From NCBI GenBank assembly GCA_018819225.1, contig JAHJQN010000004.1, positions 287,302 through 351,301 on the forward strand: a stretch of DNA of 64,000 nucleotides, in the 5' to 3' direction. A program made the translations under genes and the position numbers. Below the pieces are notes generated by a model. That model made no database searches and was not told the DNA's origin. It saw only the letters and a list, made by a program, of their open reading frames with translations. This DNA comes from Candidatus Micrarchaeota archaeon. Lineage in GTDB: Archaea > Micrarchaeota > Micrarchaeia > Norongarragalinales > SBBD01. Below, piece by piece: positions 19,503 through 29,767 of the stretch (positions within the stretch are counted from its first letter, which is position 1; each line of letters begins with the position of its first letter).

Positions 19503-21080
19503 ATGGATTGGAAAAGTTTCGGCGCAGTCTTTGTCGCGCTTTTTTCGCTGGCTTCAGCCGGCGCCTTGGAGAATGCAACCGAATGGCTTTCCATTCACCA
19601 GAACCCGGACGGAAGCTGGGGAAACTTCAATTGTTGGGAGCCGCTTTGCACGCCGTGGGCTTCGCATGCGCATCAGAACACGTACGGAAACACGAGCAAT
19701 TTTTCCTCTGCACTCGTCTGGATGATCAGCGATCTGGAAAACGGGGAATCGTGGAGCTGGGCCGAAGCGGATATCCCGGGAGCGGAATTGTACGCGATTG
19801 CGCGGTCCGGTAATTTCTCGGACTTGAATCTCACGAACGTTTCAACTCGATTAAGGGGCATGCAAGCGGATAACGGGGGTTTCTCGGGCTGGTGGACGGA
19901 AAACGGAACGATTGCAGATAGCGTGGACACCGTGTTTGCACTACGAGGGCTCATGGCCGCCAACGAAATCAATGAAAGCAACGTCTCTTCCGCCACACAG
20001 TTTTTGCTTTCTCTTCAAAACGGGGACGGGAGCTTCAACCATTCTCTTGAAATCGCGGAAACCAACCTGAGTTCCCTGGGTCCTGACCGCGCGACCACCA
20101 CCGCTCTCTCCGTAATCGCATTATTGGAAAGTGGTTTGAACGCCTCGGATTCATCCATCCAAAACGCGTCCCGATTCTTAAAGGAAGAAGCGCGTGCGTG
20201 TTTCGGGGAAAACGGTCACGGCTACACCGCTTCATGGAGCGCGCAAGCGCTTTATTCAATAGGAGAAGAGGAATACGCGGAAGCCATCCTGCGATATTTA
20301 ACGACGCTTCAGAACGTGGATGGAGGGTTCCGCGACAGCTACCGGACCGGAAACGAGTCCAATGCGCTGGATACCGGACTAGCCATTTTGGCGCTGACTC
20401 AAAATCATTCATCGAACGGGTCCGTTTGTTTCCCGTTAGAGACGCCGATCCTTTCGTTCATTCAAACGCTTTACCCGGGAGAGCAGCAAAACATCTCCGT
20501 AAACGTTTCTGAAATCCCGCTTTCGATCACGGGAAATATAACGACGCCGGAAAATGCGACGCACAACCTTTCCTTCACGTTCAATGCCAACCGTTCGCAA
20601 TATACTGCCTTATTCAATGAAACAAACGGAACCGGAAATTACGTTCTCGACGTGCGAGTAGATTATATTGGCAATACATTCGAACTCGAGGGGACATTTC
20701 AAGTGGAAATGCAGCCGACTCCCACGCCCGAACCGCCTCCCGTGCCCACGAATCCGCCAGTGTACAACACCGGGTATTATAGCAACCCGTACTTGACGCC
20801 GACGAGCACACCGACGCCAACCAATACTCCAACACCTACCCCTCGAATCCCGTTCGTTTCCATTGTGAATGAGACGACAACCCCTATTCCGTCCGCAACT
20901 TGGGCTCCGACCAACAAACCGACTTCGAGTCCCTCACCATCCATCGATCCGTCACCCACACTTCAACAGACCACGGGTTTAGTCGGTGCAGGATACGATT
21001 GGGGATACGGACTCGTGTTCATGGCAATGATTTTATTAATCGCTGGCATCTTTCTGGTACGCAAGCAGGTGAATCCGTGA
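19503..21080 (+). CDS. Secreted, membrane-anchored alpha/alpha-barrel (prenyltransferase/QW-repeat-like) protein
   Basis: Signal peptide; repeats QNPDGSW, QADNGGF, QNGDGSF, QNVDGGF; PT linker; C-terminal TM. Confidence 0.75.
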   Translation: MDWKSFGAVFVALFSLASAGALENATEWLSIHQNPDGSWGNFNCWEPLCTPWASHAHQNTYGNTSNFSSALVWMISDLENGESWSWAEADIPGAELYAIARSGNFSDLNLTNVSTRLRGMQADNGGFSGWWTENGTIADSVDTVFALRGLMAANEINESNVSSATQFLLSLQNGDGSFNHSLEIAETNLSSLGPDRATTTALSVIALLESGLNASDSSIQNASRFLKEEARACFGENGHGYTASWSAQALYSIGEEEYAEAILRYLTTLQNVDGGFRDSYRTGNESNALDTGLAILALTQNHSSNGSVCFPLETPILSFIQTLYPGEQQNISVNVSEIPLSITGNITTPENATHNLSFTFNANRSQYTALFNETNGTGNYVLDVRVDYIGNTFELEGTFQVEMQPTPTPEPPPVPTNPPVYNTGYYSNPYLTPTSTPTPTNTPTPTPRIPFVSIVNETTTPIPSATWAPTNKPTSSPSPSIDPSPTLQQTTGLVGAGYDWGYGLVFMAMILLIAGIFLVRKQVNP

Positions 21081-21622
21081 ACTCCATTTCCAGTATAATC
21101 AAATTCATCATCGGCATCGTGTTCACGATGTTGTTTCGATTGCTGCACATGCCGCTGCCGAACCTGGAACCCATCATGGGTACCACGATTCCGTTCGCGC
21201 GGAAAATGGGTAAGTACGCCGGAATGACGTTTGCGTTCCTCGCATTGGTTTCCTTCGACTTCATTACCGGACGAATCGGAGCATGGACCGTTTACACGGG
21301 AATCGCTTATTCCGCCGTCGGTTATTTCGCTGCCGGTTATTTTGCTAAAAGAAAATTGAAGCTCAAGAACACGATTCCGTTTGCCGTGGGAGCGACATTG
21401 TTCTATGATGCTTTGACCGCGGTACTGTTCGGATGGCAGTTCGGTCAACCGCTGAGTATTACGATGATGGGCCAAATACCGTTTACGCTTTACCACCTGC
21501 TCGGGAACATCGCGGCCGTTGGGATTTTGACACCCCTCATCAACTCGGCGATTGTCGAAAACAAGGCGTTGGATGCCGTTTTAGATCGCTGGATTCAAGG
21601 AGTTAAAACCGCAGTCTCGTAA
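21077..21622 (+). CDS. ECF-type S-component-like membrane protein (putative cobalamin uptake)
   Basis: RLL...PNLEPI motif, about 6 TMs, C-terminal GQIPFTLYHLLGN; GTG overlaps upstream stop. Confidence 0.65.
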   Translation: MNSISSIIKFIIGIVFTMLFRLLHMPLPNLEPIMGTTIPFARKMGKYAGMTFAFLALVSFDFITGRIGAWTVYTGIAYSAVGYFAAGYFAKRKLKLKNTIPFAVGATLFYDALTAVLFGWQFGQPLSITMMGQIPFTLYHLLGNIAAVGILTPLINSAIVENKALDAVLDRWIQGVKTAVS

Positions 21623-21664
21623 GGCTTAAATACTTAGAAAAGTAATATTCCGTTGAGGAGGCCT

Positions 21665-21919
21665 ATGTTTAAAATAAAGTCAATGACCCTAGAAGTACTC
21701 AAACCAAGCGAGTTGCAAACCATCGAATTGCTGAGAGCACTCGAAAAGGTTCCGAATGCGACACGAGTGGAAATCTCGTTAACCGATTTCGAGCGCAACA
21801 CGGAAACCTTGAAAGTGATCGTGGAAGGGCAAGGCGTCAATCCGGACAAGCTCGCAAAAGTCATTCATGATTACGGCGGGGTTGTCCAGAACATCCAGCA
21901 CGTGCTGGGAGAACGGTAA
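21665..21919 (+). CDS. DUF211-family protein
   Basis: LEVLKP, ETLKVIVEG, I..YGGVVQNI; paired with VIT1-like gene. Confidence 0.75.
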   Translation: MFKIKSMTLEVLKPSELQTIELLRALEKVPNATRVEISLTDFERNTETLKVIVEGQGVNPDKLAKVIHDYGGVVQNIQHVLGER

Positions 21920-21925
21920 CGAGAA

Positions 21926-22477
21926 ATGCTCGAACGCATCCAACGTTTTTTCTCCCATGCTAGATACATCACGCTCGGAATGATGGATGGAGGGCTGGCC
22001 ACGTTAAGTGTCGTAACCGCAGCGTATTTTACCAGTATTGAGAGCACGACGGCGTTGATACGCGTTCTGTTAGGAGTAGCCATTGGAATCTCTGCATCCA
22101 ATTTCTCAGGAGCTTATTTAGCGGAACAAGCAGAAATCAACAAGGATCGAAGGAAAATCGAGCGGTCCATGGGTTTGAAATCCGGGCATTTACAGCATAC
22201 GCTATTAGGCTATCAACTGAGAAAGAAAGTCATTATTCGGGCACTCACCAATAGCGGGGCCGCGTTTCTCGGAGTACTGATCAGCATTCTCCCCTTATTG
22301 TTTTTCCCGTATTATTCCGGAATCTTTGGCTCGATTCTCGTTTCCATGGGCCTATTGTTTTTACTAGGAGTCTATTTAGGCCACTACAACAAGACGGACT
22401 TGTTCTTGAACGGAGTGAAAGTATTGTTGATCGCATTACTTGTACTCGTGGTCAACGTACTGATTTCGTACGTTTAA
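21926..22477 (+). CDS. VIT1/CCC1-family membrane protein
   Basis: LGMMDG, SGAYLAEQAE, about 5 TMs. Confidence 0.8.
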   Translation: MLERIQRFFSHARYITLGMMDGGLATLSVVTAAYFTSIESTTALIRVLLGVAIGISASNFSGAYLAEQAEINKDRRKIERSMGLKSGHLQHTLLGYQLRKKVIIRALTNSGAAFLGVLISILPLLFFPYYSGIFGSILVSMGLLFLLGVYLGHYNKTDLFLNGVKVLLIALLVLVVNVLISYV

Positions 22478-22478
22478 A

Positions 22479-22949
22479 TTACTCTCTCATATTGATGACC
22501 AAATCCGCCGTGTTCTTGAGCGCGGACGAAAAATCGGGCTCCGTTCCCACGACAATGGTTTCTTTGCCGTGCTTTTTCGCAATCGTCAGAAGAGGCTTGT
22601 AATCCGAATCGCGGGAAACCACGACAATCACCTCGATATTGGGATTAAACACGGATTCCGTGGCATGAACCGCCAACGCCACGTCAACGTCCGAAGGAAC
22701 GATAATCACTTCATATCCTTGATTGGTGACGGCTTCAATGAGTTTGTCGGAAGCGTATTGATCCAAGAACACTTTCGCGACTTTAATGGTGCCGTGCTTC
22801 TGCAACCTCTTCCGCACTTTACCGAGATCAATACCCAACTCCTTGCGAATCATGTTCGGGCCATCCACAAAACACGCCAAGCCTTTCTCGCGCTTGGCTT
22901 TCGCTACCATCGACTTGAACTGGTCTAACACATTCGGCATCAAAACCAC
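22479..22949 (-). CDS. NYN-domain protein (TIGR00288-like)
   Basis: FVDGPNMIRKE, DVDVALAV, SRDSDYKP, SSALKNTAD. Confidence 0.88.
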   Translation of the reverse strand: MVLMPNVLDQFKSMVAKAKREKGLACFVDGPNMIRKELGIDLGKVRKRLQKHGTIKVAKVFLDQYASDKLIEAVTNQGYEVIIVPSDVDVALAVHATESVFNPNIEVIVVVSRDSDYKPLLTIAKKHGKETIVVGTEPDFSSALKNTADLVINMRE

Positions 22950-23091
22950 CTATCAAAATAATCAAAGGGAATAAAGGCCATGTTACCAGCGAACTATTTA
23001 AGTGCTTCGGCCATCCATGAAAAGGGATTCATCCTTTCAGGAAAAGGGTTAAATACGGCGCAAGCGTAATGCGGGAAGAGGGAAACGCGTT

Positions 23092-23844
23092 ATGGAGAAA
23101 ACCACCAGCGGCATATATGGACTCGACCCCTTATTGGGCGGCGGATTGCCTACGCGGCGAACCATCCTCGTGTCCGGAGCATGCGGAACCGGTAAAAGCA
23201 TTTTTTCCATGCAATTTCTGTACCGCGGCGTACTCGAAACCGAAGAACCAGGCGTATTCGTGAGCTTCGATGAAATGCCGGATAAGATTCGCGCCGACAT
23301 GCTCAACTTCAAGTGGAATCTGAAGGAATTGGAAGACAATGAGCTGTTGGCGATTGTGGATGCGACGTCGGCGCGAGCCGGTGTCCCCAGCGAAGAAGAA
23401 CATGCGATTCTACCCGGCCAACTCGAACTCGACAAATTGTTGGTCGACATATTGGGTGTTGCGCGGTCCATTGGCGCCAAACGATTGGTGATTGACTCGA
23501 TTCCCGCCATGGCCGCTCAATTAGATACCGAGGCCGCGATCCGTAAAGCGATTCTGAAAATCTCATACATTCTGTCGCGATCGGGACTCACGAGCATCAT
23601 TACCTCCGAAATTCCGGAGCAAACGTTGGGTAGCGGCACCTCCATGCAGTTCTCAAAATACTCCGTGGAGGAATACGTGGCGGATGGCGTGATCCTGCTC
23701 AACTTTTTAGGAGTGGGAAGCGGGGCCACGCGCACGCTTTACATCCGAAAAATGAGGGGCTCCGCGCACAGTATGGAAATCCATCCCATGGAAATCTCGG
23801 ATAAAGGCATTACCGTCAAGAAAGTAGAGGATGTCTTCAAATAA
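23092..23844 (+). CDS. KaiC/RAD55-like RecA-superfamily ATPase
   Basis: GACGTGKS, RLVIDSI, EEYVADGVI, KMRGS. Confidence 0.9.
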   Translation: MEKTTSGIYGLDPLLGGGLPTRRTILVSGACGTGKSIFSMQFLYRGVLETEEPGVFVSFDEMPDKIRADMLNFKWNLKELEDNELLAIVDATSARAGVPSEEEHAILPGQLELDKLLVDILGVARSIGAKRLVIDSIPAMAAQLDTEAAIRKAILKISYILSRSGLTSIITSEIPEQTLGSGTSMQFSKYSVEEYVADGVILLNFLGVGSGATRTLYIRKMRGSAHSMEIHPMEISDKGITVKKVEDVFK

Positions 23845-23864
23845 TCGTTTTCCTGAAACGGATT

Positions 23865-24596
23865 CTAGGAAGGACAAGCGGCCATCAATTTCTCGGTTAA
23901 ATACGCGATGGGTTCCGTTTCCATTTGCAGCAATAGCGACTCCTGCAACTTATGATCAATGAATACCATGACGCGGTATTGATCGTCATGACAGAAGAAC
24001 ATCGCCGATTGACCTAAGCTGAACGGAGAAGGAACGTACTCGCTGTATAACGAGACGTAGTACGGCCGGGCATCCAAAACACCTTCGCGGCGATAAAACG
24101 TGGATGCCGGTTTGTGTTCATACCGCAATTGCATTCCAAATTTCGCGGCCTGATTAATATCCGTTCCTCCAACGGCGATTGAAACCGTCACGTCATGCTC
24201 GACTCCAAACTCGCGCGCATTATTCAAGCGGTCCGCATCCCACATGTCCATGGAAAAGGGAGCGTAATCTACCGTGAACGGCGGGAGGGCCTCGTTGCCA
24301 ATATCCTCGAGTTCGGCCGTGATCGTGAAAAGGATCTCGCTGACATTGTACGTGGGCACGGGAGTCGGCGTACTCGTAATATACGCTTGCTCGGTAGGAG
24401 TCACGTTCGGGGCATCCGTTGGAATCCATGTGGGTTCTTCCGTGGGTTCCGGAACCTCGGAAGGAGTAGGCTCAGGAGTGGATGCGGGAGTCACGGTTAA
24501 CGCGGGCGTTGAAGTCGGTACCGGTTCCGGAGGCGCCTGAGTGCAACCCATGATCAGAAAAGCGATAAGTAATAGTGATACGAGCACTTGTTTCAT
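23865..24596 (-). CDS. Lipoprotein with P/T-rich linker
   Basis: LIMGC lipobox followed by PT/PE repeats. Confidence 0.65.
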   Translation of the reverse strand: MKQVLVSLLLIAFLIMGCTQAPPEPVPTSTPALTVTPASTPEPTPSEVPEPTEEPTWIPTDAPNVTPTEQAYITSTPTPVPTYNVSEILFTITAELEDIGNEALPPFTVDYAPFSMDMWDADRLNNAREFGVEHDVTVSIAVGGTDINQAAKFGMQLRYEHKPASTFYRREGVLDARPYYVSLYSEYVPSPFSLGQSAMFFCHDDQYRVMVFIDHKLQESLLLQMETEPIAYLTEKLMAACPS

Positions 24597-24708
24597 TGAA
24601 ATCCCTCCAATATAGTGGATGGTGCGACACTATTAAAAACAATCGTATGCGCCGAGACGTTTTTTCAAGAGATAACATTTATTATCGCGAACGCGCACAA
24701 ACGATACA

Positions 24709-25506
24709 ATGAGCACGCGAAACACTAGGAGAAAAAGAAAAGCAGAGGCGAAACGAAAACTCGAAGAAAAAACGGACGAGATTCTGCGAGTGTTTGCCCG
24801 AACGAAGATGGTGAAGGCGCCGCCCTCCAATCCCGAGTTATTGCGAGGTCATATTCACAGCGGGCTTCATAGAAAACGCCCCCTTCATCTCGTGGTGTTT
24901 TGGGGAGGATCGCGACAAGGAAGAAGGAAAACAGCAGGGGGATCTGAAGGGCACGCTTTAAGGACACTACACCAGTTTCGCGAGCTAATCCATAAAAAAG
25001 GGTTAGAAACGGAAGTGCAGTTACTATTAATGGATACCTATTCACGACACGTCAATAAACGTCCAGACAGCGAAATTCAAGCCTATGAGAAAAGCATGCG
25101 GCGCGTAGTTCGCGATAGCCGGTATGCCGGAGTGTCCATTGGAAAAACAAGCGATCACGTCAATTTCGTTCCATTTCCAGAAAAGGCGCGAACGCCTTCT
25201 CAGTACAAGTGGGCGCGAAGAGCTGAAGAAATTCACAGAAGAATCATGAAAAATCCAGGCGTACTTGAAACCTTGCAGAAATTAGCTACATCGCATGGGG
25301 GAAGCACCCATGCATTATCCGATTATATCCGAAGACATGCCTATGAGGATCCCATGCTCGCGCGACGTTTTCCGAGATCCGTATTCCTTTCATTCGGTCA
25401 TGACCAGGCTCAACGAGCGATCTCAAACTTGCCAACGGGTTTTCTTTATTACCGAAAGGAGGCGGGAAAAATCGGGATTCGAGGCGTTCCATGGTTCAGG
25501 GAATGA
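24709..25506 (+). CDS. Hypothetical basic protein, possibly a remote HUP-fold enzyme (PvcA/Dit1- or CDPS-like)
   Basis: PLHLVVFWG...E.HAL..L..F...I....V.LLLMD pattern; weak resemblance only. Confidence 0.4.
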   Translation: MSTRNTRRKRKAEAKRKLEEKTDEILRVFARTKMVKAPPSNPELLRGHIHSGLHRKRPLHLVVFWGGSRQGRRKTAGGSEGHALRTLHQFRELIHKKGLETEVQLLLMDTYSRHVNKRPDSEIQAYEKSMRRVVRDSRYAGVSIGKTSDHVNFVPFPEKARTPSQYKWARRAEEIHRRIMKNPGVLETLQKLATSHGGSTHALSDYIRRHAYEDPMLARRFPRSVFLSFGHDQAQRAISNLPTGFLYYRKEAGKIGIRGVPWFRE

Positions 25507-25508
25507 AA

Positions 25509-25629
25509 AGCGGGGGACGAGAATCGAACTCGTCTAATCCGCTCGCTGCAAAAACCCCCATTCTAAGATAAAATGGATATCGAACGGGTTTTACTGCAGG
25601 CGGATGCATAACCAATCTGCCACCCCCGC
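25509..25629 (-). tRNA. tRNA-Cys(GCA) with 50-nt canonical intron (25544..25593)
   Basis: Acceptor gcggggg/cccccgc, U73; tccgc-CT-GCA-G|intron|A-gcgga; BHB CTGC/GCAG; T arm acgag-TTCGATT-ctcgt. Confidence 0.92.
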
Positions 25630-25664
25630 ATACGCTTAGTAAAAGGAAAGGAATGCATTTAAAG

Positions 25665-26507
25665 TTAGTTGCGTCCGCGACCCCGCTTTCGTTTCCTTCC
25701 CGCGATGCCACGAATCAAAGAAATAAGGTAATCACCCAACTCAAGGTACTCTTTGCGACTCGCCATCATTTGTTTGCGTCGGAACAAGTACACGTACAGC
25801 AAACCAGCCAGCACGCCGTAAATGTGAACGAATAAGTCCGTGGGCACGGATTCCTCACGCGACTTCCCTTCCTGCGTCGTCTCCAGTTTTTTATCGGTTT
25901 GATGCAGGCTCGAATTCAATTGCTGAACGTGCATCTGCAATTCCGCCGATCGATTGTATTGGGATGCGTTGAGCGCCGTGGCATATTGATTTCGGAGTCG
26001 CTGTTGGTCGCTCTGCAAACGCCCGGCGTACCAGTCATCCACGTAGGTTGCTCCGGGAATCACAATGAAACTTAACAGGAACGGAATGGCCAACAGCACC
26101 ACCAAGGCTTGTTTGGGTTTTAACGCGAGCGCAGCACCCAACAGACCGGATATGCCGGCGCTGGCGCCAATTAATGCGATAAACGGATTCGTCAGCGCGA
26201 AAATGAAGGACGCCAGGATACCCGAGAAAAGGAATACGGAGACCACGTGCGGCCAGGCCACCGCCATTTCAAAAACAAGCGCGAACAAGATCAAAGGAAT
26301 TAAGTTCCCGATAAAATGCAGAATGCCGACGTGCACGAACAAGTGCGTGACATAGGAATAGGGGTTGAGGTTCGTCAACGCGTATTCGTACAACGAAGAA
26401 GATGGGATGTACGTGGTTTCTTGGGACAAAAGGACATAGACGATAATCAATGAAAGCGCCAAAATAAGGGTTCCCCAAGGAAAACGCTTGAATTCAACGA
26501 ACGGCAT
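25665..26507 (-). CDS. Rhomboid-family intramembrane serine protease with soluble insertion
   Basis: THLFVH..LHFIGN, IGASAG (Ser), VHIYG (His). Confidence 0.8.
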   Translation of the reverse strand: MPFVEFKRFPWGTLILALSLIIVYVLLSQETTYIPSSSLYEYALTNLNPYSYVTHLFVHVGILHFIGNLIPLILFALVFEMAVAWPHVVSVFLFSGILASFIFALTNPFIALIGASAGISGLLGAALALKPKQALVVLLAIPFLLSFIVIPGATYVDDWYAGRLQSDQQRLRNQYATALNASQYNRSAELQMHVQQLNSSLHQTDKKLETTQEGKSREESVPTDLFVHIYGVLAGLLYVYLFRRKQMMASRKEYLELGDYLISLIRGIAGRKRKRGRGRN

Positions 26508-26697
26508 GCTCCTTTTTCACACGATCAGCATATAAAGCTATATTCGTTCGGAAAACCCCGAATATTAGCGCTTGAACAATACAGATGAATCTAAAATCAT
26601 ATAAAAACAATACAATTGTCTTAATAATTAGGAAAAGGTATTTATTTGCGAATATTTTTATCCGTATCGACTAATACGTTTAAATAGAGAAGGGGGT

Positions 26698-28167
26698 TTG
26701 CCGATGGAAATGAAAACAGTCCAGCAGTATAAAGATCGGGATAGTACATCGCTAGAAGTGCTTCGAAAAGCCCGCCATCTTGAAGTGAAAGTCATCGACT
26801 TCAAGTTTACGGATTTGCTGGGAAAATGGCATCATAAAAGCGTGCCCGTACGCGAACTCACCACCGACGTTTTTGAAGAAGGCGTGGGATTTGACGGCAG
26901 CAGCATCCGCGGCTTTCAAAACATTCACGAAAGCGACATGCTGCTCATGCCCGACACGAAAGGAACGTTCATGGACCCGTTCACCCAACAACCCACGCTC
27001 AGCATCCTATGCGATGTAGCCGAACCCGGAAGAACGAAAGACCGTTATGCGAAAGATCCACGCCACACGGCCCAAAAAGCGGAAGCGTACCTGAAGCGAA
27101 CCGGTATAGCCGACACGAGTTATTGGGGTCCTGAAATCGAATTCTTTATCTTCGATAATATCAGTTACCACAACAACAACATGGAAGCGGGTTACCGAAT
27201 CGGAATCGGCGAAAGCCACGAAACGGGCGGTACGAGCAGTCTCGGCCACAAGATCCGGCCCAAAGAAGGCTATTTTCCAGTCCCTCCATCCGACACGCAC
27301 ATGGACGTGCGAACCGACATGATCCTCGAAATGGAAAAAATCGGTATTGAAGTGGAAACGCATCACCACGAAGTCGCGCCGTGCCAAGCCGAAATCGACA
27401 TGCGGTACGGCAAACTCACGGAAATGGCGGACAAGTCCATGAAATACAAGTATATCGTAAAAAATGTCGCCGCCCGACACGGAAAAACCGCGACGTTCAT
27501 GCCGAAACCCATGTTTGGAGACAACGGAAGCGGCATGCACACTCACGTCAGCTTGTGGAAAAACGATGCGACCTTGTTTTACGACGAACAAGGCTATGCG
27601 GAACTCAGCGAGCTCGGCTTGTACGCCACCGGAGGCATTCTCCGGCATATAAACTCTTTGCTGGCGTTCTGCGCACCCACCACGAATTCGTACAAGCGAT
27701 TGGTCCCTGGATATGAAGCGCCCGTAAATATCGCGTACGCTCAACGCAACCGCTCTTCCGCCATCCGCATCCCCGTGTATGCGTTCGGCCCGCAAAACGC
27801 GAAAAGCAAACGCATCGAGTTCCGGTGCCCGGATCCCTCCAGCAACCCATACTTCGCGTTCTCCGCCATCCTCATGGCCGCCATTGACGGTGTCAAAAAG
27901 AAAATAAATCCCGTCAGCGAAGGATTCGGTCCGTGGGACACGAACATTTACAGTCTCCCGACCGCCGAACGCCATAAGATAAAAAACGTTCCGGGCTCCC
28001 TCGACGCCGCGCTAGACGAACTGGAGAACGATCAACAATACCTGTTGGAAGGCGGCGTGTTTTCAAAAGAATTACTGCAGGTTTGGACGGAAGTGAAACG
28101 CCAGGAAGCAGAAAGCGCGCGCATCCGACCCAGCCCGTACGAATTCCACTTGTATTACGACGTGTAA
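26698..28167 (+). CDS. glnA: Glutamine synthetase type I
   Basis: FDGSSI, GPEIEFF, HHEVA, TFMPKP..GDNGSGMH, SYKRLVPGYEAP, RIEFRCPD. Confidence 0.96.
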   Translation: MPMEMKTVQQYKDRDSTSLEVLRKARHLEVKVIDFKFTDLLGKWHHKSVPVRELTTDVFEEGVGFDGSSIRGFQNIHESDMLLMPDTKGTFMDPFTQQPTLSILCDVAEPGRTKDRYAKDPRHTAQKAEAYLKRTGIADTSYWGPEIEFFIFDNISYHNNNMEAGYRIGIGESHETGGTSSLGHKIRPKEGYFPVPPSDTHMDVRTDMILEMEKIGIEVETHHHEVAPCQAEIDMRYGKLTEMADKSMKYKYIVKNVAARHGKTATFMPKPMFGDNGSGMHTHVSLWKNDATLFYDEQGYAELSELGLYATGGILRHINSLLAFCAPTTNSYKRLVPGYEAPVNIAYAQRNRSSAIRIPVYAFGPQNAKSKRIEFRCPDPSSNPYFAFSAILMAAIDGVKKKINPVSEGFGPWDTNIYSLPTAERHKIKNVPGSLDAALDELENDQQYLLEGGVFSKELLQVWTEVKRQEAESARIRPSPYEFHLYYDV

Positions 28168-28186
28168 TACACGACACCAACGCTTT

Positions 28187-28215
28187 GGAACCCGCCATCA
28201 AAAGGGCGGGTTTCC
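28187..28215 (+). terminator. Hairpin downstream of glnA
   Basis: GGAACCCGCC...GGCGGGTTTCC. Confidence 0.55.
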
Positions 28216-28279
28216 TATTTCTCAAGCCCAAAGCGGTCCAAACGCTTTATATTCCTTAAACTTCCTTTGTTTTTCAGAT

Positions 28280-28416
28280 GGCGTGGGTCGTCTAGTCTGG
28301 TCTAGGATTGGGGACTGTGGTTTTTGCGCCGTAAAGCAAAAGCAGAAATCCCCCGACCTGAGCTCCTCTCCTTTAAACGAAAGAAGAGGGCAGGAATTCA
28401 AATCTCAGCCCACGCC
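28280..28416 (+). tRNA. tRNA-His(GUG) with two introns (37/38: 28321..28347; 53/54: 28363..28396)
   Basis: G-1 and C73; acceptor gcgtggg/cccacgc; gggga-CT-GTG-G|..|A-tcccc; ctgag|..|TTCAAAT-ctcag; BHB helices CTGT/GCAG and CCTG/CAGG. Confidence 0.9.
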
Positions 28417-28442
28417 CTCATACCCTTAAAAGGCGAACGACC

Positions 28443-29759
28443 ATGGAAGAAAAAATGCTTTCAGCACCCAGAGGAACACGCGACTTTCTCCCCGATGAAA
28501 AACGCGTGCGCGACCTAGTCGTAACCAGTATTCGAAAACAATTCGAGCGATTCGGATTCGAGCCCCTTGAAACGCCGGCCATCGAACGGTTCGACGTACT
28601 GGCCAACAAGTTCGCGGGCGGGGAAGAAATCTTGAAAGAAGTGTTCCAATTCCAAGATCAAGGCGCCAGAGCGCTCGGACTCCGATACGATTTTACGGTG
28701 CCGATGTGTCGCGTCGTGGCGGACAATCCGCGCATGCCCATGCCCTTCAAACGGTATCAAATGGGACCCGTATGGCGCGACGGCCCGCTGAAAGCCGGCC
28801 GCTACCGAGAATTCACGCAATGCGACGCGGATATTTCTGGCAGCAAATACATGATCGCGGACGCGGAAATCATTGCGCTAACCAAACAAATATTGAACAC
28901 GTGGTTCAACCAGAAATTCGCGATCCGATTAAGCAACCGGAAAATTCTGTCCAGCCTGCTGGAAAGTTCCGGCATCCCCAAAGAAAAAACCAATACGGTC
29001 ATGCTTTCCCTCGATAAACTCGAGAAAATCGGCCTATCCAATGTCATCAAGGAACTAAAGGAAAACGGGATACCCGTCAATACCTCGGAAAAAATCGTGG
29101 CGCTGACTTCCCTGAAAGGAACGAATGAAACCATTCTAAGCGAATTGGGAAAAAACGCGAAAACGGAGCAAGGAAAAGAAGGCGTTCGCGAATTGAAGGA
29201 AGTCATGGAACTCGCAAAACAACTGGGAGCCGGTGACGTCATTCAAATAGATCCCTCCCTCGCCCGCGGACTCAACTACTACACGAGTACCATCTTCGAA
29301 GCCTTTCTCAACGAAGGACCCGTTACATCTTCCGTTGCAGCGGGCGGGCGTTATGACGACATCATCCAAAAGTTTACCGGAAAGCAATCCGTTCCCGCCG
29401 TCGGCATTTCATTCGGGCTCGACGTGATCTGTGAAATCATCAAACAAACGCCATCCCTACCTGTTTCCGAGAAAACGAAGGTATTCATCATCCCCATCTC
29501 CAAAGAACCCGACAGCAAAGCCCTCGCATTCTCGCTTGAAATCGCTCGAACGCTTCGAACGCTTGAAGTCAACACCGCCATCGACCTCATGCAACGCAGC
29601 CCCAGCAAGAACCTGGATTACGCGAGCCGCAAAGGATTCAAGTACGCCTTACTCATCGGAGAAAAAGAAGCGGCCCAACAGAAAGTCACCGTCAAAGAAT
29701 TGGCGACCGGAAAAGAAGAACTGCTTCCCGTCAAAGACGCGTTGCGCCATTTGAATTAA
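28443..29759 (+). CDS. hisS: Histidyl-tRNA synthetase
   Basis: PRGTRDF, LRYDFTVP, GRYREFTQCD, LARGLNYYT, AGGRYD. Confidence 0.96.
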   Translation: MEEKMLSAPRGTRDFLPDEKRVRDLVVTSIRKQFERFGFEPLETPAIERFDVLANKFAGGEEILKEVFQFQDQGARALGLRYDFTVPMCRVVADNPRMPMPFKRYQMGPVWRDGPLKAGRYREFTQCDADISGSKYMIADAEIIALTKQILNTWFNQKFAIRLSNRKILSSLLESSGIPKEKTNTVMLSLDKLEKIGLSNVIKELKENGIPVNTSEKIVALTSLKGTNETILSELGKNAKTEQGKEGVRELKEVMELAKQLGAGDVIQIDPSLARGLNYYTSTIFEAFLNEGPVTSSVAAGGRYDDIIQKFTGKQSVPAVGISFGLDVICEIIKQTPSLPVSEKTKVFIIPISKEPDSKALAFSLEIARTLRTLEVNTAIDLMQRSPSKNLDYASRKGFKYALLIGEKEAAQQKVTVKELATGKEELLPVKDALRHLN

Positions 29760-29767
29760 ACGGTAGT

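Noticed and set aside
19503-21080. Squalene-hopene cyclase
   Set aside because: Secreted single barrel without a DxDD motif
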